From the UHGV virus genome UHGV-0114752: a stretch of DNA of 36,495 nt. One strand, 5' to 3'. The DNA is from a virus. Below the pieces are notes generated by a model, which was given only the letters and a program-made list of their open reading frames with translations, ran no database searches and had not been told where the DNA came from. Of this stretch, positions 1 through 9,603 are shown in pieces (position 1 is the stretch's first letter; each line of letters begins with the position of its first letter). A program made the position numbers and the translations under genes.

Positions 1-882
1 TACCGCATTAAAAAATTGAGGATATGTATTTATCTCAGCCCAATTATATAATTGGCCAGTATAATAGGCGTCAGTCGCTCTAGTGCGAATGTTGCAGTTT
101 ACAATATCTCCCGACTGCCATCCCTTAAGCCATTTATTAACAATTGTTCCATACTGAGCAAAACCCCAAGAAGGATCATATAAGAACGGAATGTCGCAAA
201 ACATACTGGCAAAAGCAGTAGTTGATTTTGCGTTGTATTCTATATCAGGATAATCGGACTGGGACATTGTCATCATACCAATATCCACAAGCTCTGAGCC
301 AAGAGAGTCGCTCATGGAGTCAAGGTAATCATCCGAAGACGGAAAGATTAGGAAAGTAAATTCCGTTAACTTGAAAGTGATAGAGCCTGATTCAGTCCGA
401 GTCCTCGTCAAAACAAGAGGGAAGTGATTCTTGTGGACAATCCATAGTTTGTCGTTCTGTGAGACATATTTGACTTCCAGCAATTCCTCCTCGGTGAAAG
501 GAGACGTCCACCCATTCTTGGCATACTCTTGCTTAAGGTCCAATGGAATATTCCATATAGGGCGAGGAGTCTCTTCTAGGTGACCGCATTGGTAGATCGT
601 GGCGAAGCCAGACATGCCCGGCTTGACTCCGGCGTGCAGGCAAACAATGTAAATATCCTCCGAAGTGCAAGGGAAATAAAGGAGACGGACAGGGCCATTC
701 AGCCGATCAACCAGCTTGAACCCCGGACGCCTTTGAAGCTTCCCGTACTGGCGAGGTATAAAATTCCTCATCCGGGAACATGACGTCAGGTAACGTTGCA
801 TGTCAACGCGAGGCGTGAACGATTCCGAGACCTGCCCCCCGTTGAAGTTAAGTTGAAGCTGTGTTTGCCTTTTGTCAGCCAT
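1..882 (-). CDS. Partial virion structural protein (at least 294 aa, C-terminal part). ORF is open through window start. Possibly the distal part of a nozzle / tail-tubular-B-like protein
   Basis: ATG at 880-882 sits 2 nt after the stop of the 885..1538 ORF. I translated all 294 codons by hand and found no stop down to position 1. The codon boundary falls exactly at nt 1. Confidence 0.6.
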   Translation of the reverse strand, partial: MADKRQTQLQLNFNGGQVSESFTPRVDMQRYLTSCSRMRNFIPRQYGKLQRRPGFKLVDRLNGPVRLLYFPCTSEDIYIVCLHAGVKPGMSGFATIYQCGHLEETPRPIWNIPLDLKQEYAKNGWTSPFTEEELLEVKYVSQNDKLWIVHKNHFPLVLTRTRTESGSITFKLTEFTFLIFPSSDDYLDSMSDSLGSELVDIGMMTMSQSDYPDIEYNAKSTTAFASMFCDIPFLYDPSWGFAQYGTIVNKWLKGWQSGDIVNCNIRTRATDAYYTGQLYNWAEINTYPQFFNAV

Positions 883-884
883 TT

Positions 885-1538
885 TTAATAAAGATAATTG
901 TGACCACCAAACGGGAACGTGGTACCATAAGGAACCCTGCCCCACCCAGATTGACGCATCAATCTGTTGTAGTAGTTGTACCTGCCTCCAGTGTTGTTGA
1001 TGTAGTCGTTCTCCCTAAGCCGGGAAAGTTCACGAAGGTACATGTCCGCAAGAAGATTGTACAAATCCAGATTGTTTGTGATGCGAACGCAACTCAATTG
1101 CGCCCATCTAATCCCTAAAAGCGGTTGCAGGATGGAAGGAAATTCTTGCGTAGTGGTCTTGTCTTGAATGTCCCCAATGTAAACCAGCCTCATTAAATCA
1201 GTGTTGGCATACAAAAACTGACCTTCAATTTGCACAAATTGGAGTTGGTTCTCCCAAGGCTGGCCATTCACTGAAATGATTGTCACCAAATCTTCGGGGA
1301 GCGGGAACGCATTCGAGTAACCAAAGGCTGGCTTCTCCGTGGTAGAAGGCAACAATTCTACTCTCTTTCGAGCGAAGTTCCAATTGCCATCAATCATTAA
1401 GTCGTTGATAGCAAAAGGAAGATAAGCGGCCAATGCCTGACCGTAAACAGTAGGCTTGTTCGGATTATCAGGATATACAGATACTTTGTATTGCCCCAAT
1501 AATCCAAGAGCAAAGTTCGCTACTTCTAGATCAGTCAT
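885..1538 (-). CDS. Hypothetical virion protein (217 aa), downstream of capsid gene
   Basis: ORF track; tight packing (about 20-nt gaps) in the minus-strand structural operon; no recognisable motif. Confidence 0.55.
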   Translation of the reverse strand: MTDLEVANFALGLLGQYKVSVYPDNPNKPTVYGQALAAYLPFAINDLMIDGNWNFARKRVELLPSTTEKPAFGYSNAFPLPEDLVTIISVNGQPWENQLQFVQIEGQFLYANTDLMRLVYIGDIQDKTTTQEFPSILQPLLGIRWAQLSCVRITNNLDLYNLLADMYLRELSRLRENDYINNTGGRYNYYNRLMRQSGWGRVPYGTTFPFGGHNYLY

Positions 1539-1556
1539 TGGCCGCTTAGGGTTAGA

Positions 1557-2111
1557 TTATGGAATGATGAGGTCCATCACGACAGTGTAGGTCTTGTTCG
1601 CGGCGACTGCCGCAGAATTCTGAACAACAATGCAGAAATGATATTTTTCTTTCAGCACGCTGTTCTTGTCCCTCACGTCAGGCCAACCTCCTGAGGAATC
1701 AATATATGACAGAATCTTCTCGTAAGGATCAAGCATCAGAAGGCCCGGATCATTGCCATTGGCCGTGGTGTTATTCCTCACGATTTCATTAGCCGCAGCT
1801 GTAGCCGCGAAAACAGCGATAGGGGCAATCATGTTATCCACGATGTTCCCGTTCTTATCGGTCAGGGCAACACAAACAGTGTAAGTCCCAGCTCCAACGC
1901 CATTATGGGAAAGAGCGACTGAACTCAAGTCAATGATGCAACCTTCTGGTAGATCAATGTCCTGAATGGTGGAACCGCCTGCCGTAGCGGCCGTCCCTGC
2001 TGTGTAGGCAACTACCTTTTTCAAAGTAGCGCCTCGTGACATTTGAGCGTTCAGGAAGGGAGGAAGTCCCTCCGCGACCTGCGCTTTAGCCATGCTCGGA
2101 AAAGTAGCCAT
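1557..2111 (-). CDS. Hypothetical virion protein (184 aa) immediately after the capsid gene. Candidate head-tail adaptor or decoration protein
   Basis: ORF track; Gly/Ala/Thr/Val-rich composition typical of structural proteins; position and size comparable to T7 gp11 (196 aa). Confidence 0.5.
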   Translation of the reverse strand: MATFPSMAKAQVAEGLPPFLNAQMSRGATLKKVVAYTAGTAATAGGSTIQDIDLPEGCIIDLSSVALSHNGVGAGTYTVCVALTDKNGNIVDNMIAPIAVFAATAAANEIVRNNTTANGNDPGLLMLDPYEKILSYIDSSGGWPDVRDKNSVLKEKYHFCIVVQNSAAVAANKTYTVVMDLIIP

Positions 2112-2128
2112 TTTGTTTTATCCTTTCT

Positions 2129-3124
2129 TTAGTAAGCCATTTGAGTTCCGATGACGTCCACCTTGAGAACGCCCTTGTCTTCGATACGGGTGCAACCCAT
2201 AGCGATTTCCGTGTAGGTCTGCCACACGTACTGCTTGTCGCGGCGTTCGTCGATGCGCACGAACATTTCTTCCAGCACCCCGAAGGCCACGGCATTCATG
2301 TTGAACGCAATGCAGGTACGAACGTTTTGAGTGTCAGCACCCGCAGTCGGATCAGTCGCAGAACCAAGCTTCCTCGTTCCGAAGGGAAGCATTTCGGGAG
2401 AAAGCGCCACAAAGCGAATGCCCATTGCATCAAAGATGTTGCCATCCTCGCCAATCGGACGATTCACATTGTAAAGGATGCTCGTAAAGCGTTCTTCCTT
2501 AAGCAGACCTGCCAGCTCTTCATGGGTGATGAGAAGGATAACTTCCGGGCCGCCCAAGTCCTGACGACCTACGTTCTGGCCAAACACGTTGCGGGCACCA
2601 AAGATGGTCCTGATCTGCAAGAGCTTTTCAAACGTAAGGCCAGAAGCCGTATAAGAACCGGAGGGATTGTAGCCTACAGGAATTGTGTTCAACTGCTCAT
2701 TGAAGGGCACTGCAACGTCACCATTCTCGCCAGTCCATGCCGTACCAATGAGGCCCTGAACCGCAATCTGGTCACGGCGACGAGCCATTTCCATACGTTC
2801 AGCCTGAACGATCCGAGGAATAGGAGACTCAATGGTTCCTGCCATCGCCATATCAATGCGATTGATTTCATGCGTGGACTTATAGGGCCTCGTCTTGAGC
2901 CAGCGAACGTTGAATTCAGGTTGCTGTGGGTTCGTGTCACCGTAAAGATCGGTGATTTCCGTGGAGTTCACAGGATCAATGATCTGGAACCGACGCTGGC
3001 GGGAGCTAAGCGGATAGACGCGAAGATAACGCTCCGTGCGCGAAGTATCCTGCTGGATGCCAGCATAAATTGAAGGCGAATATTCATTTACCGCCAAGTC
3101 ATAAAAGTTACCGTAATTAGCCAT
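2129..3124 (-). CDS. Major capsid protein candidate (331 aa)
   Basis: Position directly downstream of the scaffold-like gene and of paired terminators, within terminase-portal-scaffold order; size about 36 kDa; assigned by synteny only. Confidence 0.55.
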   Translation of the reverse strand: MANYGNFYDLAVNEYSPSIYAGIQQDTSRTERYLRVYPLSSRQRRFQIIDPVNSTEITDLYGDTNPQQPEFNVRWLKTRPYKSTHEINRIDMAMAGTIESPIPRIVQAERMEMARRRDQIAVQGLIGTAWTGENGDVAVPFNEQLNTIPVGYNPSGSYTASGLTFEKLLQIRTIFGARNVFGQNVGRQDLGGPEVILLITHEELAGLLKEERFTSILYNVNRPIGEDGNIFDAMGIRFVALSPEMLPFGTRKLGSATDPTAGADTQNVRTCIAFNMNAVAFGVLEEMFVRIDERRDKQYVWQTYTEIAMGCTRIEDKGVLKVDVIGTQMAY

Positions 3125-3295
3125 AATTTTTTGTTGGTTACGTTGTACCGCCTAGACGAATGATTTCTCTTTCATCAAACAGGTATCCTAATTAGGGCTG
3201 ACTGTGTGAACGGCGGTGGTTCACTGTGCTAATTGCGCAAGTATCCTTTCGGGTTGCTCAAGTTCAAGCAATCACACTTTTCGCACACATGCAAT

Positions 3296-3334
3296 AAAAA
3301 AATCTGTGCGCTCCCTTTTACAGAAGCGCACAGA
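3296..3334 (-). terminator. Intrinsic terminator (minus strand)
   Basis: Perfect 10-bp stem TCTGTGCGCT / AGCGCACAGA with a 12-nt loop. The A7 run on the plus strand at 3296-3302 is a U7 tail on the minus-strand transcript. Confidence 0.6.
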
Positions 3335-3425
3335 CACCATTGATTCAATCAAAACAAGAAGAATACCCGATCGACTCCTTTTGGGAGACAATGAACTTAT
3401 ACGAGGAAAGCAGTATTCTGGCAAC

Positions 3426-3460
3426 AAAAAAACAGCACCCTAGCGTGAACTAGGGTGCTG
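3426..3460 (-). terminator. Intrinsic terminator (minus strand), immediately after the scaffold gene
   Basis: Perfect 11-bp stem CAGCACCCTAG / CTAGGGTGCTG with a 6-nt loop. The plus-strand A7 at 3426-3432 gives a U-run on the minus transcript. Confidence 0.6.
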
Positions 3461-3543
3461 GAACATACATTACTATTCGTCGAGAAACAAAAAGCGTTTT
3501 CTTTATACAAAAATGAATTGCGAAGTCAACAGGAAAAGCTTCA

Positions 3544-4464
3544 CTACCATTCAATATGGTTCCGGGCTAAAGCGTAATACCTTTCACGCACATCTTTTGG
3601 CATGTGCGAAGTGTCGCCATATTCCGTAACCATGTCGAGCATCTGTTGCTTGATGGTAGCCGTGTTGCCTCCCATGATGGCTGGCGTCGGCATCGTCCCT
3701 TCCTGATACTTAGCCGCCTTTTCATACAACGCTTCCAAGATGTAAGTGTTGTTCAACGCCATTGAGAGAGCGGGGTCGTCGATGTTCACCCCGGCATTCA
3801 CCAAGCTTTGCTTCAAGATGATCGCGTTCCTTTCGTACTGCGGACCCCACTCCTGTTTGAAGTATTTTTCCGCTTCTTTGGATGCGGCCTCAAGGCGCCT
3901 GCCGAACTCTTCGTTGTTCTTCCTGTACAAGGCGTCCTGATATTTCAGAAGCTCCTGTGCCGTTTCCGCAGGAATGTTATGCTTGTGTGCGAACTCCGCA
4001 AATTCCTTGAAGCTTGCCTCATCGTAATCATCTTTGTACTCATCAGGGATTGAATACCCATCAGGAGAGTCCGGCACTCCCAAGTGCGCACGCCATGCCT
4101 TGATTTCCTCTTCGCTGGCGCCGTCTCCCGGCTTGGACACGCCTTCCGACTTCTTGCCGATGAGCTTGTTCGCATTCACGAACCCTTTTACCAATTCATT
4201 CAGGTTCTTATATTTGCCCAAAGAATCAGCTTCTTCAAACTTCGCGGTCCATCCTTCACTGAAAGAACCGTCTTCTCCGAGGATGTCGGCAATTCTGAAC
4301 CCTTCCTGTGAAGTGCCAGCCGGGAGCTGGTCGGTTCTTATCGTGCCGGGAATGGTAACGGGAGGCTGTCCCTGCCCTGCGTCTCCTGACGGAGCAGGCG
4401 TCGTGGTTGGAGCCGGGGTCGGGGCCGGGGCGCTTGGCTGGCTGTTCGGATTTGTATCAATCAT
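3544..4464 (-). CDS. Scaffolding protein candidate (306 aa)
   Basis: Pro/Ala/Thr-rich N-terminus, highly acidic charged-rich body (DEYKDDYDEASFKEFAEFA), located between portal and capsid; size matches T7 gp9 (307 aa). Confidence 0.5.
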   Translation of the reverse strand: MIDTNPNSQPSAPAPTPAPTTTPAPSGDAGQGQPPVTIPGTIRTDQLPAGTSQEGFRIADILGEDGSFSEGWTAKFEEADSLGKYKNLNELVKGFVNANKLIGKKSEGVSKPGDGASEEEIKAWRAHLGVPDSPDGYSIPDEYKDDYDEASFKEFAEFAHKHNIPAETAQELLKYQDALYRKNNEEFGRRLEAASKEAEKYFKQEWGPQYERNAIILKQSLVNAGVNIDDPALSMALNNTYILEALYEKAAKYQEGTMPTPAIMGGNTATIKQQMLDMVTEYGDTSHMPKDVRERYYALARNHIEW

Positions 4465-4760
4465 TTTTCTAATATGTGTTTAAGGAGCATAATCACTTGG
4501 CGCGCGCCCATGAGGAACATGGCCTTGTTGGTGTCAAAGCCGCTCACAACGCACGCCTCTTTAGGACATGAATCTTTATCAACCAAGGAACTGTCTACAA
4601 ACGCCTCAAGGTATTGTATCAGCTTCGGGCTAAACGGGCTTTGCTTGAATTCCTCCGTAAAAGATTCAAAGTCCTTCTCCACGGCAACACTTGGATTGCC
4701 GAGGAAATCTATGATCTTGGTTCCTTTCTGGGGTTGTCTTTCTTGATGTTGTGTGTTCAT
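4461..4760 (-). CDS. Hypothetical protein (99 aa) between portal and scaffold
   Basis: ORF track; 4-nt overlap coupling with scaffold start. Confidence 0.45.
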   Translation of the reverse strand: MNTQHQERQPQKGTKIIDFLGNPSVAVEKDFESFTEEFKQSPFSPKLIQYLEAFVDSSLVDKDSCPKEACVVSGFDTNKAMFLMGARQVIMLLKHILEK

Positions 4761-4766
4761 GGTAAA

Positions 4767-6389
4767 TCATCGCATGTCGCTAACAGCCTGACCAAGGTTC
4801 TTTTGAATCTGGGAAGCCCCCAAGGCTTGCGTCAGCGCATCGCTTTGGTTCTGGGCATTTTGTTGAGCTGTCCTGATCTGTTTGATCTCGGCTTCGGTCT
4901 TGAGGTTCTTCGTGTCCATGCCAAGCGCCTTGATGCCGTCCCTCAAAATGAAATCCGTATTCAGTGCCTGTAGCACAGAAGGGTCAATTTGGGCCATCGG
5001 AATGGCTATGGTCTGCATGAACTCCGCAAACAAGGTCGGCTTGTGGCGGTCAAGCAACATCTGGAACGGAGTCGTGAACTTGATCTTGAAATCATTCGTC
5101 AAGACTGGAACAAGATTCTCGTTGGAAAGAAGGTCATAGCACCGGAACACAACAGGCTCAAGGAATTCCTCCAGAAGGCGAGTGTAGGCAGGAGAAGCAA
5201 TCCGTGCCGAGTAGGACTCAATCATCTGGGCAACCGTTGCCTTCATGTATTGGGGGTCCTTCACCTGCAACAATGGCGCGAATAAGTCCATGTCGCAAGA
5301 CTTCTGAATGTTGCTCTCCAGACGCTGGACCTGCCATTGCATCTCATTGGCCTGCATCATGTTCTGGAACAAGGGCGTAGGCTTGTTCTGGACGTTCAAG
5401 GGATTGAATGTAGTAACCCCGCCAAACCCCCAGTCAATGTTCCCATCAAACCCTTCCGGCACCAGCATCGGCGGGAATATCTTTTGCATGGCAGATTCCG
5501 AAAGCGCCTTAAGATTGTTGGTAAGTTCAATCTGGTCGCCCAAGGCCCGCTTCCCTGCCCCTGTACCATAAGGCGAATTGGAAATGTCAAAGTAGTTGCT
5601 CACCACAACAGGGCACGTATGGAAGAATTGGGTAAGCAACACGTCCCCGGTCATGTCAAACACGCTACGAAGCACCCATGCCCTTCCATTTGCTTCTTCA
5701 ATCAGTTCCGGGTCTCCCGTCCTCTCTACCTTCTCCAGCAAGTGGAACACAAGCAGGTTGTCCGGGTTAACACTGCTGGCCCTGTACTTCTCCTTAACGA
5801 CCGTAGGCAACACGTTTTCAGGGAACGTCGCAACAATGTCCTGAACCCTCATCCATTCATCCCAGCAAAACGTGTGAAGCTCACCAAACTTGTCACGGTC
5901 AACCATGAAGTCTCCAACCGGAATCGATGCAAACTTGAGCCGACCTTTCTTCTTGTCGTACTCCGACCATAACGCCGCCTGACCATAAGCCGCCCGGTCA
6001 AAGTAAAACTGTTCCGACGCCGTGTGGAAGTTGCTATTGCGAATGAACCACGCAACCGAACGGCCAGTCGTATAGAAAACATCCGTGACGGTCGAATCAA
6101 TTTTCTCGTAGTTCTCAACCGTAGCCAGCGGCTCAAAGCTAAACCATTCGTAGCTCTTGGGCGTCATCAGTTCATGCTGGCCCGCCGCATTGATCCTCAA
6201 TGCTCTTTCCAGCGTCTGGTCAATGTAGCCAAGACTTGAAGGCGTAGATTCATAGACAGCTCCATTCACGTTGAACTTCTTTTCAGGATCAACATATTGC
6301 GCGATCCTCTGCCAATTGCTGACGTATCTCTGACGAAATGCATATAAAGCACCTCGCTTCTCTTTGGGGTCTTGAGTGTTGGCTAACAT
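4767..6389 (-). CDS. Portal protein candidate (540 aa)
   Basis: Large ORF immediately downstream of terminase large subunit in the packaging/head operon; size close to T7-type portals (536 aa); assigned by synteny. Confidence 0.6.
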   Translation of the reverse strand: MLANTQDPKEKRGALYAFRQRYVSNWQRIAQYVDPEKKFNVNGAVYESTPSSLGYIDQTLERALRINAAGQHELMTPKSYEWFSFEPLATVENYEKIDSTVTDVFYTTGRSVAWFIRNSNFHTASEQFYFDRAAYGQAALWSEYDKKKGRLKFASIPVGDFMVDRDKFGELHTFCWDEWMRVQDIVATFPENVLPTVVKEKYRASSVNPDNLLVFHLLEKVERTGDPELIEEANGRAWVLRSVFDMTGDVLLTQFFHTCPVVVSNYFDISNSPYGTGAGKRALGDQIELTNNLKALSESAMQKIFPPMLVPEGFDGNIDWGFGGVTTFNPLNVQNKPTPLFQNMMQANEMQWQVQRLESNIQKSCDMDLFAPLLQVKDPQYMKATVAQMIESYSARIASPAYTRLLEEFLEPVVFRCYDLLSNENLVPVLTNDFKIKFTTPFQMLLDRHKPTLFAEFMQTIAIPMAQIDPSVLQALNTDFILRDGIKALGMDTKNLKTEAEIKQIRTAQQNAQNQSDALTQALGASQIQKNLGQAVSDMR

Positions 6390-6390
6390 C

Positions 6391-6663
6391 TTATTGCCCT
6401 AAAAAGCTTTTCCCTCCAACACCACTCCCCGCTCCAAGCGCATTCTTCGAAGCAACGAATGTACCTCCAAAGGAACTTCTACGGCGGTTCTTCCGAACCT
6501 TCGATTCTGACCCATTCACGTCAACATCTACAGTCTCAACTGGCTTGGGCGGTTCCGGTGCGCTCGGTTGCTCTTGCTTCTTCCCAAGAAGACCTATGGC
6601 TCCGATCCCTTTGATAACTCCCGTAATCGCGTTGCCAATCGCTTTAAATGGATTTCCCCCCAT
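6391..6663 (-). CDS. Gly-rich basic small protein (90 aa)
   Basis: ORF track; Gly-rich N- and C-termini, basic KVRKNRRR patch; function unknown. Confidence 0.35.
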   Translation of the reverse strand: MGGNPFKAIGNAITGVIKGIGAIGLLGKKQEQPSAPEPPKPVETVDVDVNGSESKVRKNRRRSSFGGTFVASKNALGAGSGVGGKSFLGQ

Positions 6664-6940
6664 GTCTATTGTTCCTTTCTATCAGTTTTAGGTGCAGTCT
6701 AGCTTCTTTCCGTCCATACAGATACACATTCCCCCGCCGATAGCCAATAAAATATTTCATCTTAGGCATCTTTAACAAGGAAACAACGAACCTGCTATAG
6801 TCACCAACTACCAAATAAAAGAAAAAACCATTCGCCTCATTTCGACCAACTGAATTGCTCGGATTGCAACACTCCTTCACATTCTCCCACACCCCCTCCA
6901 TGTCTTCCCATCCCTCCGAAATATGAAAGAAATGCCCCAT
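6644..6940 (-). CDS. Hypothetical small protein (about 98 aa from internal Met; the 152-aa version would overlap the terminase 3' end by 104 nt)
   Basis: ORF 6644..7102 in the track. Met-55 (MGHFFHISEGW) is the first start that does not overlap the terminase gene. Confidence 0.25.
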   Translation of the reverse strand: MGHFFHISEGWEDMEGVWENVKECCNPSNSVGRNEANGFFFYLVVGDYSRFVVSLLKMPKMKYFIGYRRGNVYLYGRKEARLHLKLIERNNRHGGKSI

Positions 6941-6998
6941 AACAAGACCATCAGAATACCTCCGTCGCAAAAGATGCCTATGCTCTTCCCACGCCGTC

Positions 6999-8645
6999 TC
7001 AAAACTGATTCCGAAAGCTCGAAGGACTTCTCCCCCTCTCTCTTCTAGTGAAGATGTCATTGTAATCCCTCCTATCATTAAGTTCAGAAAAATAACTACC
7101 AAATCTTTTCGTGCAAACCGCAGGCTTCACACCCCGTGATTCTTTCAACAAGCCCATCATCCGAGCCTCCGCTATATATCTCAAAGAATCAGCCCAATGC
7201 GAAGAACTGTCATGCACAATCTCGTTCTTGTAGGCGCCATCCTCCCCAAGCGCTGGCTTCATCCGATAACTCAACCAGTACGGATAAGCCCTCTCTGTTC
7301 CCGAAATATCAAACCTAAACAACGGGAACATGCTCAACAAGTAATTGATGCTTATCCATTTATCTCTTATTCTAGGAAGACACGCAATCCCCGGCAACCC
7401 CGCCTGTTGCCACATGTTGGCCTGCGTCATCCCTGTGTCCGTCATGTATCCAGCATCATGCGGGAAAAAGTTCCGAATCAATGTAGGATATTTGCTCAAC
7501 AAGCGCGCTGTCCTTTGCGGTGGTCCCTCACTCCCGTACTGACCACAGTCACAATCAAAAATCCATATCAGCCCATCCTTCAACTGGAACAACGTAGAAA
7601 CCGTGTTCAACGGATTCCCCAAGTCCCACGTCGCATAGCAAGGCAAGGTCGGATCATATGGCGCATGCAAAAAATGACCAGCCGTCATCGCTCCTTCCAG
7701 AACCTCTTCCAAGATCGCTCCCTCCATCGGTACCTCAAACGCTTCTTCCAGCGTCGAAGGATATTCTTCGTTCATGGATAAACCATGCTGACGCTTCGTC
7801 TTCTGCCACCAAACCTTTTGCTCTGCCCTCAAATCAATACCATATTTCGCCTTCAACGTCGTAAAATAACTCTCCGTACTCTCACTCAACGGCTCATCAT
7901 CAAACGACTCATTGTTCGAATCCTCCCACCACGGCAAAAACACCACGTCGAAGTCCTTCTCCCCACGGTGTCTCTCTTCAATCTTCAACGCATTCATCAC
8001 GTTCTCATAGAACACACCCTTCTTCCCACCTCGTACCGTCGTCTCTATGAAAATAAAACCATCCTTCGCCGCTGGCAACGTCGCGTTCATGATCTCCCTA
8101 GCCCTCCCCGGCTCCGTCGCCGCTATCGTCCCAAGCTCACTGATGTGCGCAAAACCCAATCCACTCCCTCGAAAATATTTCCCACCAACAATCTCACTCA
8201 CTCGACGTCCCTTCATCCTCACCTTGATCTTCTTATTGTTGCACTCCAAATCAAACAACCAAGGCAACTTCCGATGCAAACTATCCAACGCTACCCTCAC
8301 AATCTCATTCAACTTCTCCTCCGCATCCGGTTGCGTCCTATCAACCAAGGCCAACAACCACCCCTCATTGAACGCCGCCATGTCTGCCATCATCACTCCT
8401 ATCGCCGTACTGCACCCCTGACGTCGCGACTTCGGTATCAAAAAACGCTTCTTCCCATGAATATACGCCTCCTCATGCAAACGCTTCTGAAACGGCTTCG
8501 GTTCATAACTTATCACTCGACCATCCGTCAACTTGATCTCATAAAGGTTGCTCAACCTCCATAACGGGTCCCTCAACCTCTCCAATAATAAACTCTTCTC
8601 TTCCTGACTTAACATACCTCGTCTATCTTTAACACCACTCGACAT
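6999..8645 (-). CDS. terL: Terminase large subunit (548 aa)
   Basis: N-terminal ATPase Walker-A-like KSRRQGCST. C-terminal RNase-H-like nuclease signatures ATWDLGNP, FFPHDAGY, HDSSSHWADSLRY. Size and position upstream of portal. Confidence 0.85.
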   Translation of the reverse strand: MSSGVKDRRGMLSQEEKSLLLERLRDPLWRLSNLYEIKLTDGRVISYEPKPFQKRLHEEAYIHGKKRFLIPKSRRQGCSTAIGVMMADMAAFNEGWLLALVDRTQPDAEEKLNEIVRVALDSLHRKLPWLFDLECNNKKIKVRMKGRRVSEIVGGKYFRGSGLGFAHISELGTIAATEPGRAREIMNATLPAAKDGFIFIETTVRGGKKGVFYENVMNALKIEERHRGEKDFDVVFLPWWEDSNNESFDDEPLSESTESYFTTLKAKYGIDLRAEQKVWWQKTKRQHGLSMNEEYPSTLEEAFEVPMEGAILEEVLEGAMTAGHFLHAPYDPTLPCYATWDLGNPLNTVSTLFQLKDGLIWIFDCDCGQYGSEGPPQRTARLLSKYPTLIRNFFPHDAGYMTDTGMTQANMWQQAGLPGIACLPRIRDKWISINYLLSMFPLFRFDISGTERAYPYWLSYRMKPALGEDGAYKNEIVHDSSSHWADSLRYIAEARMMGLLKESRGVKPAVCTKRFGSYFSELNDRRDYNDIFTRRERGRSPSSFRNQF

Positions 8646-9130
8646 AATTCGTACACCTCAAAGTCGTACTCCCTCTTCAACGGTTTCTTAAAATAACGAC
8701 GCGCTAAACTTAACTTGTCCGTCACTCCTACCTTGTTCAATTTCCGATTCCAACTCTCGTAAACCTTACCCTTGTAGTACCCTAAGTCAAAACTCAACCT
8801 ACTACGCAGTACATAGTAACTGTCCTCCTCCACTTCCTTCCTACCTTCATAACTCCTCTTCTCCCTTCCTCGCTCTGCCGCACTCGTCTTACCATTCCTC
8901 CTCACCCTCTCGTATTTCCTCCGTAAATAACCAATGTACCCTGATAACTTCCCTTCCCTCTCATAAATCCTCCACGCCCTCTGCACGTTCTCACTGCTGT
9001 CCTCCAGCCTCTTTAACCCATGCGCCACTCCATAAAACTCCTGCTCAAAACGACGCACTCCCTTCCCCTCAATCTCTATCGCTACCTCACTCCTTATCCC
9101 ACGATCCCTTGATTCCCAATGTCCACTCAT
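8609..9130 (-). CDS. Basic low-complexity protein (173 aa), Arg/Lys/Glu/Tyr-rich; possible small terminase subunit or DNA-binding protein
   Basis: ORF track; overlaps terL start by 37 nt; strongly purine-biased coding strand. Confidence 0.4.
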   Translation of the reverse strand: MSGHWESRDRGIRSEVAIEIEGKGVRRFEQEFYGVAHGLKRLEDSSENVQRAWRIYEREGKLSGYIGYLRRKYERVRRNGKTSAAERGREKRSYEGRKEVEEDSYYVLRSRLSFDLGYYKGKVYESWNRKLNKVGVTDKLSLARRYFKKPLKREYDFEVYELCRVVLKIDEVC

Positions 9131-9147
9131 AAAACTACTCCTTATCC

Positions 9148-9603
9148 CTAGTTCTTCAAAAGTCTGCTAAGCTCTTCCCCAAGCCCCTTGTCGTCCCCTT
9201 CCTTCTCCCCTAGCCATCCCTTCATCCTTATATACAAACTCAACGCCTGCAAACGTCCATTGCTGTTCACCCCTCGCCCTCTTATCATCTCACTCAAATA
9301 CGTCTCAACCTCCAACCGTGTCAACGTCTTAAAGCCTTCTCCTTCTCCTTCCTCTTCTCCCTCCTCTTCTCCTTCCTCCCCAAACAACTCCAACATCCGC
9401 TCGTAGCTCTCCATCAAACGCCACCCATACGACTTATCTCTCTCCCCGCACAACTTCTCCCCCAAATCAATAAAATCATCCGTCCTATACTCCCCTCCTT
9501 CTCTATACAGCCTCAACAAACTCCCAACCTCCAAGCTGTTCAGCCCTAGCTCCCTCACCAGCATCTTTATCTCTTCTCCCCCTATTTCTCGATTCTTACT
9601 CAT
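9148..9603 (-). CDS. Acidic protein with EEGEEEGEEEGEGEG tract (151 aa); candidate small terminase subunit by position
   Basis: First gene of the minus-strand packaging operon, just upstream of terL. Possible helix-turn-helix LVRELGLNSLEVGSLLRL near the N-terminus. No direct motif proof. Confidence 0.35.
   Translation of the reverse strand: MSKNREIGGEEIKMLVRELGLNSLEVGSLLRLYREGGEYRTDDFIDLGEKLCGERDKSYGWRLMESYERMLELFGEEGEEEGEEEGEGEGFKTLTRLEVETYLSEMIRGRGVNSNGRLQALSLYIRMKGWLGEKEGDDKGLGEELSRLLKN

Noticed and set aside
2141-3073. 310-aa plus-strand ORF antisense to the capsid gene, plus the 69-aa and 83-aa ORFs inside it
   Set aside because: Fully embedded antisense to a gene supported by operon context; no start-site context of its own; typical shadow ORF
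3746-4483. Cluster of 60-150-aa ORFs on both strands overlapping the scaffold gene, and the 211-aa ORF 5337..5972 antisense to portal
   Set aside because: All lie inside larger, syntenically supported genes. Low-complexity translations.
7197-8564. Long plus-strand ORFs (194, 259, 124 aa) antisense to the terminase large subunit
   Set aside because: The plus strand here is G-poor and therefore stop-codon-poor, which creates long spurious frames. Their products are Pro/Leu/Arg low-complexity. terL on the other strand has clear catalytic motifs.
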